Both the position numbers and the translations under genes were made by a program. 64,000 nt of DNA from Nitrospirales bacterium (lineage in GTDB: Bacteria; Nitrospirota; Nitrospiria; Nitrospirales; UBA8639), in NCBI GenBank assembly GCA_965203295.1, contig CBDBCZ010000019.1, positions 1,472,001 through 1,536,000 on the forward strand, given 5' to 3'. The notes below the pieces were generated by a model, which ran no database searches, was not told the origin of the DNA, and saw only the letters and a list, made by a program, of their open reading frames with translations. Positions 19,995 to 30,622 of this stretch are shown in pieces; within the stretch, counting starts at the first letter, position 1; the number at the start of each line of letters is the position of its first letter.

Positions 19995-21717
19995 GTGAAA
20001 TCCCTGCTTCGAATTCTTTGGTACCTTCGCCCTTTCCGACCTCTTGTTTCCCTTACCTTTTTCTGTGCGGCTCTGACGACCGTTTTTGATCTTCTCCTTC
20101 TTTGGCTGATTAAAGTGATCATTGACGACGTCATCGCAGCCAATCAATTCACTCTCCTTCCTTGGGTGTTGGGTGGATTGGTGCTGGTATATGGGATGAA
20201 GAATCTTTTTAACGCTCTTCGTATCCGATTCAATAACACTTTAGAGCAGCGGTTGGTCTTTTCTCTTCGCCAACAGGTGTTTCATAAACTTCAGGGCCTT
20301 TCTGTCAGTTATTTTGAAAACCGTTCAACAGGCGAGATCATGTCCAGGGTGGTCAACGACACGGAACATGTCGAACGGATTTTTATCGATGGGCTGGAAG
20401 GCATACTGTCTGCCTCCCTGACTTTACTCGGGATCATTGGCATTCTTTTTTGGATTAATTGGAAATTAGCGCTGTTGGCCTTGCTTCCTATTCCCATTCT
20501 GGTGCTTTCAGCTATTGGATTTTCACGTCAGGTACACCGGTACTACCACGAAATTCGGCAATGCGCGAGTGATCTGAATGCCTATTTGTAAGATGCGCTA
20601 TCTGGAATACGAGAAACGATGGGATTCAATCGACAACGCTATGAACAGTCGCGATTTGATACGAAGAGTCAAGCGTTTAGTGATAGCAATTTAAAAGCCA
20701 TGTTTCTTTGGTCGGTCTATTCTCCGAGTATGGCGTTCGTTGGAAGTCTTGGTGCGGTGCTGATACTTTGGTATGGGTCGGGTGAAGTGGCACGGGGAAC
20801 CCTGGAGTTAGGCGAATTGGTCGCGTTTCTTTTTTACCTGGCATTGTTTTACATCCCGGTTAACCAAATTCATTCAGTCAATCATCTTTTACAACATGCT
20901 CTAGCTGCTAGCGAGCGCGTCTTTGAAGTGTTAGATACGATTCCAGAGGTTCAAGACCAACCCGGAGCGCTTGAGCCACATTCACGAGTCAGTGGGACCG
21001 TACAGTTTGATCGAGTTGAATTCTCTTATCGAGACGATGTTCCAGTGATTCGAAATGTGTCACTTCAGGTTCGTGCGGGTGAGCGAATTGCTCTTGTTGG
21101 GCACAGTGGAGCAGGTAAAAGCACGCTGCTCAAGCTACTCATGAGATCATATGAAGTCAAGGGTGGGGTGATCAGAATTGATGGGTATGATATACGGGAG
21201 CTCACCATTCATTGTTTGCGTGACCAGATTGGCTTGGTTCAACAAGAACCGTTTTTGTTTAATGGTACCGTCAGAGAAAATATCGCCTATGGCAACTTGC
21301 AGGCAACTCAGGAGTACATTGAGCGGGTAGCGATAGCTGTCCGAGCCCATGAGTTTATCCTTGAGCTTCTAGAGCAGTATGAAACTTGGATTGGGGAGCG
21401 GGGTGTCAAATTATCGGTAGGACAAAAGCAACGTGTCTCCATTGCACGGGTTTTGCTAAAAAATCCACCACTGGTTATTTTTGATGAAGCCACTTCGAAT
21501 ATTGATACCGAAACGGAGGTCAAAATTCGTGAGGCCTTAGAAGTTTTGACTCAAAATCGCACGACCTTCATCATTGCTCACCGATTCTCTACCCTTCAAG
21601 TTGATGGAATCGTCGTTCTTGATCTATGGTCAAATAGTGGAGATGGGGACCCATGAAGTCCTTCTTTCCCATGGTGGTCTTTACGCCGGTCTCTACGAGG
21701 CACAATTCCAAACGTAA
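19995..21717 (+). pseudogene. ABC exporter (fused permease/ATPase, MsbA-like), nonsense codon plus frameshift
   Basis: TAA 20589-20591 in AYL*DALSGIRE; GHSGAGKS, LSVGQKQR, DEATS; +1 shift near 21625 displaces GQIVEMGTHE..GLYAGLYEAQF (TAA 21717). Confidence 0.85.
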
Positions 21718-21883
21718 TGACTGAATCGCTCTCGTTACCAGTGCTGGTAGACGAAATACAAAAGATAGGTTTCGGCTAGAGAATGAGCTCAAGCTAAATT
21801 GACAACAGATCGCCTCATGCAACTCTTTGATTATATTGAAATAAATTTCTTTCAGCCCTACCTGTTTAGATTATGTAATGTTA

Positions 21884-21912
21884 TTGACAGAATGAATAAT
21901 GCGTGATACTTT
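21884..21912 (+). promoter_or_regulatory. Putative sigma70 promoter of the cold-shock gene (long 5' UTR)
   Basis: TTGACA-N17-TACTTT about 140 bp upstream of the start. Confidence 0.5.
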
Positions 21913-22051
21913 TCGATAATTTTCATTTATCTAAAGCTTGACTAATCGTACTTTACTAAATGAGCCCAAAGGGAATATCCGGGCCCTCTGAGGTTTTCTG
22001 TTTCAGCAAAAGGTTTTCTTCTCGGAGAATATTTTATCAAGGGAGGGGATC

Positions 22052-22270
22052 GTGAGCGAAAGAAAATCGGGAACGGTAAAATGGTTTAATGACCGTAAAG
22101 GCTTCGGATTCATCAGGGTTGATGATGGCCAGGATGTGTTCGTTCACTATTCAGCATTACAAGGAGAGGGCTTTAAAACACTAAAGGAGGGTGAACCTGT
22201 TGAGTTCGACCTTGTTGAAGGAGCAAAAGGACCCCAGGCGTCCAATGTGGTGAAAACCGCTACCGTTTGA
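22052..22270 (+). CDS. csp: Cold-shock protein (CspA family)
   Basis: [31 protein letters not shown]. Confidence 0.96.
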   Translation: MSERKSGTVKWFNDRKGFGFIRVDDGQDVFVHYSALQGEGFKTLKEGEPVEFDLVEGAKGPQASNVVKTATV

Positions 22271-22322
22271 GAGTTTAAGACGGCAAACTGAAAATTAAAT
22301 CTAATTGATTGTTCTAACTGTG

Positions 22323-22350
22323 AGGGCCTCAACAATGAGGCCCTTTTTTT
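22323..22350 (+). terminator. Rho-independent terminator
   Basis: AGGGCCTCA-ACAA-TGAGGCCCT followed by a T run. Confidence 0.85.
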
Positions 22351-22354
22351 GTCT

Positions 22355-23071
22355 TCACGAACTCATCTGCTTTAACTGAATAGATTCGATACGAACAGGC
22401 GCAAGCCCTTTGTGATGAAAGCCCAGCTTTTTGGCTGCTCCAGAACTCAGATCAATAATTCTTTTTCCAGATTCAGGGTTTTTTGTACTTGGGAATGGTC
22501 CCCGGTCATTGACTCGAACAACAATGGTCCGATTATTCTCTAGGTTAGTCACCAACACATTGGTGGGAAGAGGAAGATATTTATGAGCTGCTGTGAACCC
22601 TTGCGGCTTGAACACTTCACCATTGGCAGTCATATGGCCACCCTTTTTTCGAAGAGTTTCGCTCCCATACCATGATGCAATTCCGGTTTCCTGGTAAGTC
22701 TTGGCTTCATCGACAGACATGGGAACATAGCGGCGACCCTTGACAGTGTACGGCGCGTTTTTTACGCGCCCTTGTCGGATGGCCTCTTTCACCGGTAACC
22801 CGTCAATCGTTTCTATGTCATCATTGGTTAAAGGCCAATCTATTGGGGCTCGGACAACCTCGAAAGTGAATTTCCCAATATGATATACAAGTTTAGCCGT
22901 TCCCTTGGTCAGTTCATAGGTGCCTTTTAAGACCCAAACGGTGCCTTTCACAACACCGGTGACGACGTCGTACGTGAACTCAATCACAGAACAACTGGGT
23001 AGAGTTAACCAATTGACGAGGATCAACAAATAAAACGTATAGGCGGTTAAACTTTTGAAAACTCTGTTCAT
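22355..23071 (-). CDS. rlpA: Septal ring lytic transglycosylase RlpA family lipoprotein
   Basis: GIASWYG, TANGE, TAAHKYLPL, VRVNDRGPF, IIDLS; start placed at MNRVFK. Confidence 0.85.
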   Translation of the reverse strand: MNRVFKSLTAYTFYLLILVNWLTLPSCSVIEFTYDVVTGVVKGTVWVLKGTYELTKGTAKLVYHIGKFTFEVVRAPIDWPLTNDDIETIDGLPVKEAIRQGRVKNAPYTVKGRRYVPMSVDEAKTYQETGIASWYGSETLRKKGGHMTANGEVFKPQGFTAAHKYLPLPTNVLVTNLENNRTIVVRVNDRGPFPSTKNPESGKRIIDLSSGAAKKLGFHHKGLAPVRIESIQLKQMSS

Positions 23072-23153
23072 CAGATGACGGAAAGAAATCCCCCCCAGTG
23101 GGGGAGAGACCCAATAACTCGCGTTACGTGACATTGAATATAAATTTGAGGAA

Positions 23154-24311
23154 TTAGAGGATAGGTTTGGTAAAAAGAATTCCCCCAAAAGCGAGGCATG
23201 CTGCGAGAAGGGTTAACAATACATTGAACTTTTGTCCAGTGATGTATAGTACGATGGGTTTGCCGCCAACCAATTGTGAGGCCAATTGCCGAAAGTTAGA
23301 TTCGAGGCCAATGGAGACAAAGGCCAAAGCAAACCACCAGCCATGGAGATTCTTTGTGACTTTATGAACCGCGCTGATTTCTTCCTGGCCTAAAAGAGGG
23401 ACGAGGCAGAACGCAATGATTCCAATCAGGACATTTTGAATCATCTTAACCACCGCCGCGACTTTTTCAGCCTTGTCTCCCAATAAAGCCCCGGCTGCCA
23501 CCACGGCACCAGTCGAATCCACGGTTCCACCAATCCACGCGCCTCCCACTAACTCGTCTTGCCCCAACGATTTTGACAGTGCGGGCATGCCTACCATCAT
23601 CGCCACCGTAAAAATTATCGTCATTCCAACGACTAAGGTGAGTTCCTCCTTTTTCGCTCGTGCTGCGGCTGCGGAGACGATAGCGGCACTAACCCCGCAC
23701 ACGGAAGTCGCGCATGCAATGACGATAACCAGTGCTTGAGAGGTCATCCGAATAATTCTTGTCCCAAAGAACCACATAAATAGGACGACGACGGGAGTGA
23801 CGACCCAAGCGACAACAAGGCCAGACCCACCCAACGCAAGGATTTTCTGACCGAGGATCTCTGCAACCAGTAAGACCAAACCGATTTTGATGAAGAGTTC
23901 AGATCGTGCACCATCACGGATCCATGGCGGAGTTCCAATGGTGTTAGCAATGAGCAAACCAAACATGAGAGCCCACAAGGCATATCCCAAGCCTATCCCT
24001 TTCAAATAGGTCTGGGACCCCATTAACTTTGCCAAGGCCGCCAATCCAAAAACAAAAAGAAACCCTCGTAGGTAAGAAGAAACAGGCTGACCCATGACCC
24101 AAATCTTCAGGGTGGTGAGCATCCCAAGGCACACCATTAATCCCAGGAAATTCAGAAGTTTCATCGCTGGAATAGCTTCTAATGGGTTGGCGACCCATTT
24201 CCCAGGTTTGGGAATGCCAATGAGGAGACCTAGAACGGTCAAGAAAATTAAAATGAACCCGATCCAAACGGTCCACCAGTCTTCTAAAGTTATGAGTGGA
24301 GAACGCTTCAT
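23154..24311 (-). pseudogene. YeiH/putative sulfate exporter family membrane protein, likely internal in-frame deletion
   Basis: SVCGVSAAI, GAWIGGTVDSTGAVVAAG, KMIQNVLIG, AFVSIGLE; the usual (R)FPKF segment between IIAFC and LVPLLG appears to be missing. Confidence 0.55.
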
Positions 24312-24524
24312 CGGTTACGGTTTCCCAGCTTATCTTTTGGAGTAGGGTTTGTTTTGATAAATGATTGTGATGCTATCTCAAGGATAAAAGAGGGTCAAGG
24401 AAAGGTGAATATAGCCAAAGACTATCTGAAAAATGACTCCTCTCAAGAGGGGCCGTAGAATGATTTATGGTTAGGGGATTGAGATGAGTTGCTCTGAGGC
24501 ACAAATGGTCATATCCTTCTGAGT

Positions 24525-25718
24525 ATGAGGTATCCAACACCGAATGCACTTCGTAATACCCTCGCGTCTCAGCCCCAGAGTCAAGAGTTGGGGATTTACG
24601 TTCGTATTCCTTTTTGCTGGGAGCGGTGCCATTTCTGTGCTTTCTATGTTCATATTCATCGAAATAATCACGTGGCCCAATTCGTGGATAACCTTCTTGA
24701 AGAAATATCTATTTATGCTCGGGAGATCGGCCTTCGATCGTGTTCAATCTCAAGCCTGTATTTTGGAGGCGGTACACCAACAACTCTCACTTCAGAGCAG
24801 CTTTGTCGGATATTGGGTCAACTCACAACTTCATTCACGGTTCATTCGGATGCTGAGATTTCACTTGAAGCTCATCCGATGACGGTGACCCAAGAAAGTC
24901 TTCGTATTCTTCTAGGAGCTGGATTTAATCGACTTAGTCTAGGTGGACAATCTTTCGATAATGCCGAACTCGTACGCTTGGGAGGACGAGGGACAAGCAG
25001 AATGATCCAAGATGCTGGTGAGATGGTGTGGGCTAGCGGATTTCACAATGTTAATCTTGATCTGATGTACGGTCTGCCAGAGCAGACTCCTGATGCTTGG
25101 GAAGTGACGTTACAGAGGACGACTGCCTTGCAGCCGACACACATTTCCTGCTATGCCCTCACCATTGAGGAAGGAACTCAGTTTTCTATTGAAAATAAGC
25201 ATGGGGTTCTTGCGGAGCCAAACTCTGAACTTCAAAATTCCATGGAAGATCTTACAATGGGTTATTTAGTGGAAGCGGGGTATCAACAGTATGAGATATC
25301 CAATTTCACTAAAACTGGGTATGCCTGTCGGCATAACTTGGGTTATTGGCAAGGCCGATCGTATTTGGGGTTTGGCCCGAGTGCGCAATCTTTTGTGCAT
25401 GCCATTCGGTTTGGAAACGTTGAAAATCTCGAAACGTATAATCGTTGTATTGAGCGAGGAACATTACCGATTTCTGAAATGGACTCACTTGATCCTGAAC
25501 AAGTGGTTCGAGAACGTGTGGCTTTTGGTCTTAGATTAGTTGATGGGGTTCCCTTTGTTTTTGGGCACAATGGAAAAATAGAGGAATGCCTGCGGCAGAT
25601 TGTCCCGTTATTAATGATAAGAGGCCTTCTCATGAGGCAGGAGAACCGTTTAGTTCTGACAAAACAAGGACGACGTTTAGCCGATTCGGTGGGAGCCGCA
25701 ATTTACGCAGGAGAGTAG
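24525..25718 (+). CDS. hemW: Radical SAM heme chaperone HemW (HemN-like)
   Basis: IPFCWERCHFC, YFGGGTPT, DLMYGLP, QYEISNF, HNLGYW. Confidence 0.85.
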   Translation: MRYPTPNALRNTLASQPQSQELGIYVRIPFCWERCHFCAFYVHIHRNNHVAQFVDNLLEEISIYAREIGLRSCSISSLYFGGGTPTTLTSEQLCRILGQLTTSFTVHSDAEISLEAHPMTVTQESLRILLGAGFNRLSLGGQSFDNAELVRLGGRGTSRMIQDAGEMVWASGFHNVNLDLMYGLPEQTPDAWEVTLQRTTALQPTHISCYALTIEEGTQFSIENKHGVLAEPNSELQNSMEDLTMGYLVEAGYQQYEISNFTKTGYACRHNLGYWQGRSYLGFGPSAQSFVHAIRFGNVENLETYNRCIERGTLPISEMDSLDPEQVVRERVAFGLRLVDGVPFVFGHNGKIEECLRQIVPLLMIRGLLMRQENRLVLTKQGRRLADSVGAAIYAGE

Positions 25719-25719
25719 C

Positions 25720-26028
25720 TCACTGATTTTCAGCTTTTTCAGTGGGTTCTTCATCTGGCACAAGACATTCTTTGCACATTTCATCAAGCCACTGTCCAGC
25801 ACATTCCATAATTTCCCTCACCAAGGTTTCTGGGTGTCAGGTTTGAGATATTGTCCATTGGCAGATATACTCGAGTAGATGATCCCGTTCGTATTTCTGT
25901 GATGAGGTTTTGGCTAGATCGGATAGTTCCGAAAAGCCCGTTCGAGTAATCTGATCGACGATTTCTCGACTGTAGGCTGTTCGTGAGGTGATATATTGAA
26001 TGGCTCGATAAATTTCTTGAGAATTCAT
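25720..26028 (-). pseudogene. Hypothetical helical protein with in-frame TGA at 25837-25839
   Basis: MNSQEIY..ISQT*HPETLVREIMECAGQWLDEMC..ENQ in a single frame. Confidence 0.55.
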
Positions 26029-26174
26029 AAGTATTTTCATCAATGCAGAAATGATTTATTGTACTGACATTCGATTAGATGTCCAAGCGGGAAAGAATTT
26101 TGTCGTGAAGAATTCTAACTGCTCAATAAATTGGCAATTCGCTCGACACGGCATGCTTCCTTGTGACTGCCTAA

Positions 26175-26420
26175 TTATAAACAAGGTTATTCAGATCTCT
26201 TCCACAGTTCTTGTGGACAAGATCTCTGACTGAGTGTTGTGATTGAAGTTGGGATTGTTTTCTCAAAGAGTTCATTATTTGAGAATGGATAAACATTCGA
26301 TTTCTAGGGATTTTTAGGGTCAGATTTAGGAAAAGGTTTATGGTTACTGGACATATCGTGGTAAGGGTGATGAAAAGCTTTGTTCCTGAAGATACTTGTT
26401 ATTTTGAAGAGTTATTCACA
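26175..26420. promoter_or_regulatory. Cluster of DnaA-box-like 9-mers
   Basis: TGTGGACAA (26212), TCTTCCACA (26198), TTATTCACA (26412), weaker TTATAAACA (26175), TTATTCAGA (26187), AATGGATAA (26284). Confidence 0.45.
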
Positions 26421-26510
26421 GCTACGTAAGGGGATATCTTTAGGGGTCTCAATAACAATCTAAGCCTGCGTGCGAAAAAAATGTCTTCTGATGGTTGCAT
26501 CTTGGACAAT

Positions 26511-27033
26511 CTAGAGCAATGCATTCCAGAGTTGAGCTATGGCCCACAGGATACCTACAAGGAATGCGAGAATGAACATGATGGTAAAAACAGTCAGGCT
26601 GATGACGAATATCCAGTCCCAGGTTGTGGAAGTTCGCTTGGTGCTTGTCGTGTTAACGCCGAAGCAATTTGGCATTCTTAAGATTACTTCGAAACCAGAT
26701 GGAAAAAATATCTCCGAAACCTGGAATGGACCCAATGATGGTGTTCACCCCGGTATTGATGGCCATTCGAACCATCACGATTTTGGGAACTTGGAGTTTG
26801 AAGGCAAAAATCAAAAATGCTGATCCGATCAGATGGGTCAAAAAATCGCCTACCCCAGGAAGGAGTCCAAGAAGCGGATCCACGCCAATCCAAATCGTGG
26901 TGCCTGGGATGCGGATGGACGAATCAAGTAGCTTAGCCAATCGCTCGGCATGTTGACGGATCTGTTCTTGTTCGACCGTGTCCTGATGTCGGGGAGTATC
27001 GTTAACGTCAGCATGTCGATATTGAGGGTTCAT
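26511..27033 (-). pseudogene. DUF4112 membrane protein, frameshifted near 26654
   Basis: LLDSSIRIPGT..GVDPLLGLLPGVGD..IGSIPGFGD; the C-terminal TM helix (TWDWIFVISL..) is in another frame. Confidence 0.75.
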
Positions 27034-27278
27034 CGTTCAACCTGAAAAGTTGCGCTAGATTTTCTCCGCCATGAGCAAAACAGTGTTTGATTCCATTGTC
27101 AAGAGAGCGAAGATGGTCTGGAGGTCGTTCCGTATAGAGAGTCGCAGCCAAGCTAGGCTTCGATAAACTCACTGTGAATCAGGAATTCTTACCATCATGA
27201 GCGAACGCTTATATCTATGTAGTTGCCCTACGCTTATATATTTAGGATTCTTGTTTCGATCGTTTCGTCACCATTTTT

Positions 27279-28826
27279 ATGGCTGAATCTTTTCTCACTC
27301 CCCAAGGGTCTTCCTCAGGAAGACGCTTATCGAAATCACGATGTCTGTCAGGGATACAATGTGCGAAGCGCCTTTATCTCGATGTGCATTCTCCGGAATT
27401 GGCGACTAAAACTGATGTCCAACGACAAGCGATATTGGAGATGGGACGGGAGATCGGTGAGGCTGCCCGACGTCTATTTCCTGAGGGAACTTTGGTTGAC
27501 GAAGATTATCGACACACGGCTGCAGCTTTAAATCGAACGGCTGAATTGCTAGCCGATCCCAATATTTCAGTCATTTTCGAAGGTGCCTTTCAATTTCAGG
27601 GAACATTGGTTCGAGTGGATGTCCTTGAACGAGTGGAACACCAATGCTGGCGGCTCATTGAGGTCAAGGCGGCTTCCCGAGTCAAAGCTGTGCATCTTCA
27701 TGACCTGACGATCCAGACGTATGTCCTTCAGGGTGTTGGGGTGGAATTAGAAGGATCGTATGTCATGAATGTCAATCGGCGTTATCGATACCTTGGAGGA
27801 CATGTTGATTTACATCACCTGTTTTCCCTTCATAATCTAACAGAAGCGGTGAGTGAACGAATCCTACACATTTCACAGCTTATTCATGATTTGAAAGAAG
27901 TGGTGGCCTTGCCGGCACCTCCCTCAATTGAGCCAGATGCTCATTGTCATAGACCCTTTTCTTGTCCCTTCTGGGATTTCTGTATTCGCGATAAGTCAAA
28001 GAGGTGGATCTTTCATTTGCCAGGGGAACGGAAGATCTTCAAACATCTGAAGGATTTGGGTATCGAATCGATTGATGATATTCCAGAAGGATTTTCTTTG
28101 ACTATTCTTCAACGTCGAGTGAGAGACAATGTTGAGTGGATCTCCCAGAATATTCAACAAGAGTTGTCTTCCGTCGAGTACCCCGTCCATCATTTGGATT
28201 TTGAAACTTTTATGTCCGCCATTCCCCTCTATCCTGATACATATCCGTATCAGCCTCTTCCAGTTCAATGGTCGAACCATACAGAATACCATGATGCTTC
28301 CCTTCGACATGAGGGATATATTTGTCGAGAACAAAAAGATCCCCGTGAAGAAGTGGCGATCAGTGTCTTAGAGTCGCTTGGCCAAGAAGGAAGTATCTGT
28401 GTGTATTCAGATTATGAACGCTATGTCTTGGCATCCTTAGCTGAAGTTGTGCCGAGTCTGAAGAAGGAACTTCACCAAGTAATTTGGCGATTATGGGATC
28501 TTCTTTCGGTGATCCAAACTCATTACTATCACCCGAAATTTAATGGGTCGTTTTCTATCAAAGCCGTTCTCCCGGCATTGCTACCTACTCTCGGGTATGA
28601 TGATCTCGAGGTTCAAAATGGGGCCAGCGCCTCGGCGTTCTATAACCGTATGCTGTACCAAGAAACAGATTGGGTAGAGCGAGATCGGATAGCGACAGCA
28701 CTTCTCCAATATTGCGCTCTGGATACCTTCGCCATGGTGAAGCTTAGGCATGTCTTAATGGCGAAGGCCAACGGGTCTTGCGGATCACAGTTTGTCCAGA
28801 TGGCAGGAACAACAAGAGTAAGGTAA
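27279..28826 (+). CDS. DUF2779-type protein: Cas4/RecB-like PD-(D/E)xK nuclease fused to a DEDD/RNase H-fold domain
   Basis: LSKSR..QCAKRLYL; VRVDVL..LIEVKA; CHRPFSCPFWDFC; HLDFET; GSFSIKAVLPAL; YCALDT. Confidence 0.8.
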   Translation: MAESFLTPQGSSSGRRLSKSRCLSGIQCAKRLYLDVHSPELATKTDVQRQAILEMGREIGEAARRLFPEGTLVDEDYRHTAAALNRTAELLADPNISVIFEGAFQFQGTLVRVDVLERVEHQCWRLIEVKAASRVKAVHLHDLTIQTYVLQGVGVELEGSYVMNVNRRYRYLGGHVDLHHLFSLHNLTEAVSERILHISQLIHDLKEVVALPAPPSIEPDAHCHRPFSCPFWDFCIRDKSKRWIFHLPGERKIFKHLKDLGIESIDDIPEGFSLTILQRRVRDNVEWISQNIQQELSSVEYPVHHLDFETFMSAIPLYPDTYPYQPLPVQWSNHTEYHDASLRHEGYICREQKDPREEVAISVLESLGQEGSICVYSDYERYVLASLAEVVPSLKKELHQVIWRLWDLLSVIQTHYYHPKFNGSFSIKAVLPALLPTLGYDDLEVQNGASASAFYNRMLYQETDWVERDRIATALLQYCALDTFAMVKLRHVLMAKANGSCGSQFVQMAGTTRVR

Positions 28827-28864
28827 TGAAAAAGCCGCTTCCTGATGGCCATACAGGATCTGGA

Positions 28865-28893
28865 TTGACCTCTTATGTCCGGCTTGGTAAAAT
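28865..28893 (+). promoter_or_regulatory. Putative sigma70 promoter of the aroQ-efp-accBC-thiE cluster
   Basis: TTGACC-N17-TAAAAT. Confidence 0.55.
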
Positions 28894-29008
28894 CTCAATC
28901 GCTTTTCATGAAAATACTGCGTGTTGGATAAAGGTTGATTCTTTCAGGTGGCCTTCTCTTGCCTTCTGCGTACCTGCCCCCTAATCTCTTAGGTGATCTG
29001 GAATTCTT

Positions 29009-29470
29009 GTGCATCGGATTCTTGTGCTCCATGGCCCCAATCTCAACCTGCTGGGTAGGCGGGAGGAGGCAATTTATGGGGATCGAACCTTAGAGGAAAT
29101 CAACAACAAGATTGAAAGTTTGGCTTCAGAACATGGGCTATCTATTGAGACAAGACAGTCTAACTCTGAAGGACAGTTAGTGACATGGATTCAGGATACT
29201 CCCTCGCGTTTTGATGCCATTGTCATTAACCCAGCAGCGTATACGCATACCAGTATCGTCCTGAGAGATGCACTTTTAGCTGTTGGTCTTCCGACCGTAG
29301 AAGTTCATCTGTCGAATATTCACCGCCGCGAAGATTTTCGGAAGCGCTCTCTCATCGCGGATATCGCGATTGGACAAATTTCGGGTTTTGGTACGATGAG
29401 TTATCTGTTGGCTATCATAGCACTGGCGGATTATTTTCAAACACAAGAAAAGCTGTCTACTTCTCAGTAG
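29009..29470 (+). CDS. aroQ: Type II 3-dehydroquinate dehydratase
   Basis: LHGPNLNLLGRRE..YG, INPAAYTHTS, EVHLSNIH.RE.FR. Confidence 0.96.
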   Translation: MHRILVLHGPNLNLLGRREEAIYGDRTLEEINNKIESLASEHGLSIETRQSNSEGQLVTWIQDTPSRFDAIVINPAAYTHTSIVLRDALLAVGLPTVEVHLSNIHRREDFRKRSLIADIAIGQISGFGTMSYLLAIIALADYFQTQEKLSTSQ

Positions 29471-29510
29471 GTTTTTTATCAATTTTCCTAATGAGGAAGG
29501 TTATCGTCCG

Positions 29511-30071
29511 GTGATATCAACATCAGAATTTAGAAATGGATCTCGTTTGGAACTGGATGGTGTGCCCTATTACATCGTGGAGTTTCAACATGTGAAACCA
29601 GGAAAAGGTGGAGCGTTTGTGCGAACAAAGTTAAAAAATCTTAAAACTGGGAGCACAGTGGAACGAACATTTCGATCCGGGGAAAAATTGGACGAGCCTA
29701 ATCTCGATGAATGTGAAATGCAATTTCTGTATTCCAGCGGTGAGACGTTAACATTCATGGATACGAGTACCTACGAACAATTTACCTATGACAAAAATCA
29801 ATTGGGAGATAATACCGATTTATTGAAAGAAGATACGGTCGTCCAGATTCTCTTGTATCATAATGAGCCCATCGCGGTGGGATTGCCGAATTTTATGGAT
29901 CTCAAGGTTGTCGAAACCGACCCAGGGGTTCGTGGAGATACGGCGAGTGGAGGAACAAAAGCTGCGGTTGTGGAGACGGGGGCCAGCATCAAGATCCCTC
30001 TGTACCTAGAGGCAGGAGAGGTTATCAAGGTGGATACTCGTACTCGTGAATATGTAGAGCGAGTTCGCTAA
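29511..30071 (+). CDS. efp: Elongation factor P
   Basis: HVKPGKGGAFVRTKLK, PGVRGDTASGGTK, IKVDTR. Confidence 0.97.
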   Translation: MISTSEFRNGSRLELDGVPYYIVEFQHVKPGKGGAFVRTKLKNLKTGSTVERTFRSGEKLDEPNLDECEMQFLYSSGETLTFMDTSTYEQFTYDKNQLGDNTDLLKEDTVVQILLYHNEPIAVGLPNFMDLKVVETDPGVRGDTASGGTKAAVVETGASIKIPLYLEAGEVIKVDTRTREYVERVR

Positions 30072-30128
30072 GAATAAAGACATTCCGTCTATCTGCATCG
30101 AAATGCGACCATTAACATTGATCATTTC

Positions 30129-30596
30129 ATGAGAAGCGACCAAAGAAAAGAAATCCAAGAATTAGTTGAGATTTTAGGGAGGGAAAATCTCACGGAAATT
30201 GAGATCGAAAGGAAAGATGTTCGAATCCGGATCCGACGTGAATCTCTTCCTTCTTTTGTGGTTCCCCCACCCGCACCAAAGGGACAGAGAGATATAGGGA
30301 AGGAAACTGAAATCTCTGTCGAATCAGTTACAGTCGAATCTTCTCGTTTTTTGACGGTCACTTCTCCGATTGTTGGGACATTCTATCGTTCTCCGTCTCC
30401 TGACGGTGATCCCTATGTCGAAGAGAGTGATCAGGTCAAACAGGGGCAAGTCATTTGTATCGTCGAAGCCATGAAATTGATGAATGAGATTGAATCTGAA
30501 GCTGATGGCCGAATCGTCAAAGTTCTGGTCGAAAATGGCACCCCTGTCGAATATGGACAACCCTTGTTCTTAATCGATCCACATCCTGCTTCCTAG
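30129..30596 (+). CDS. accB: Acetyl-CoA carboxylase biotin carboxyl carrier protein
   Basis: [25 protein letters not shown]. Confidence 0.95.
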   Translation: MRSDQRKEIQELVEILGRENLTEIEIERKDVRIRIRRESLPSFVVPPPAPKGQRDIGKETEISVESVTVESSRFLTVTSPIVGTFYRSPSPDGDPYVEESDQVKQGQVICIVEAMKLMNEIESEADGRIVKVLVENGTPVEYGQPLFLIDPHPAS

Positions 30597-30622
30597 CTGT
30601 TGTTTTCCCACAAGGTGGCACC

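Noticed and set aside
27279..28826. Cas4-like gene as part of a CRISPR-Cas locus
   Set aside because: There is no array or other cas gene in the window, and the architecture is the solo DUF2779 type.
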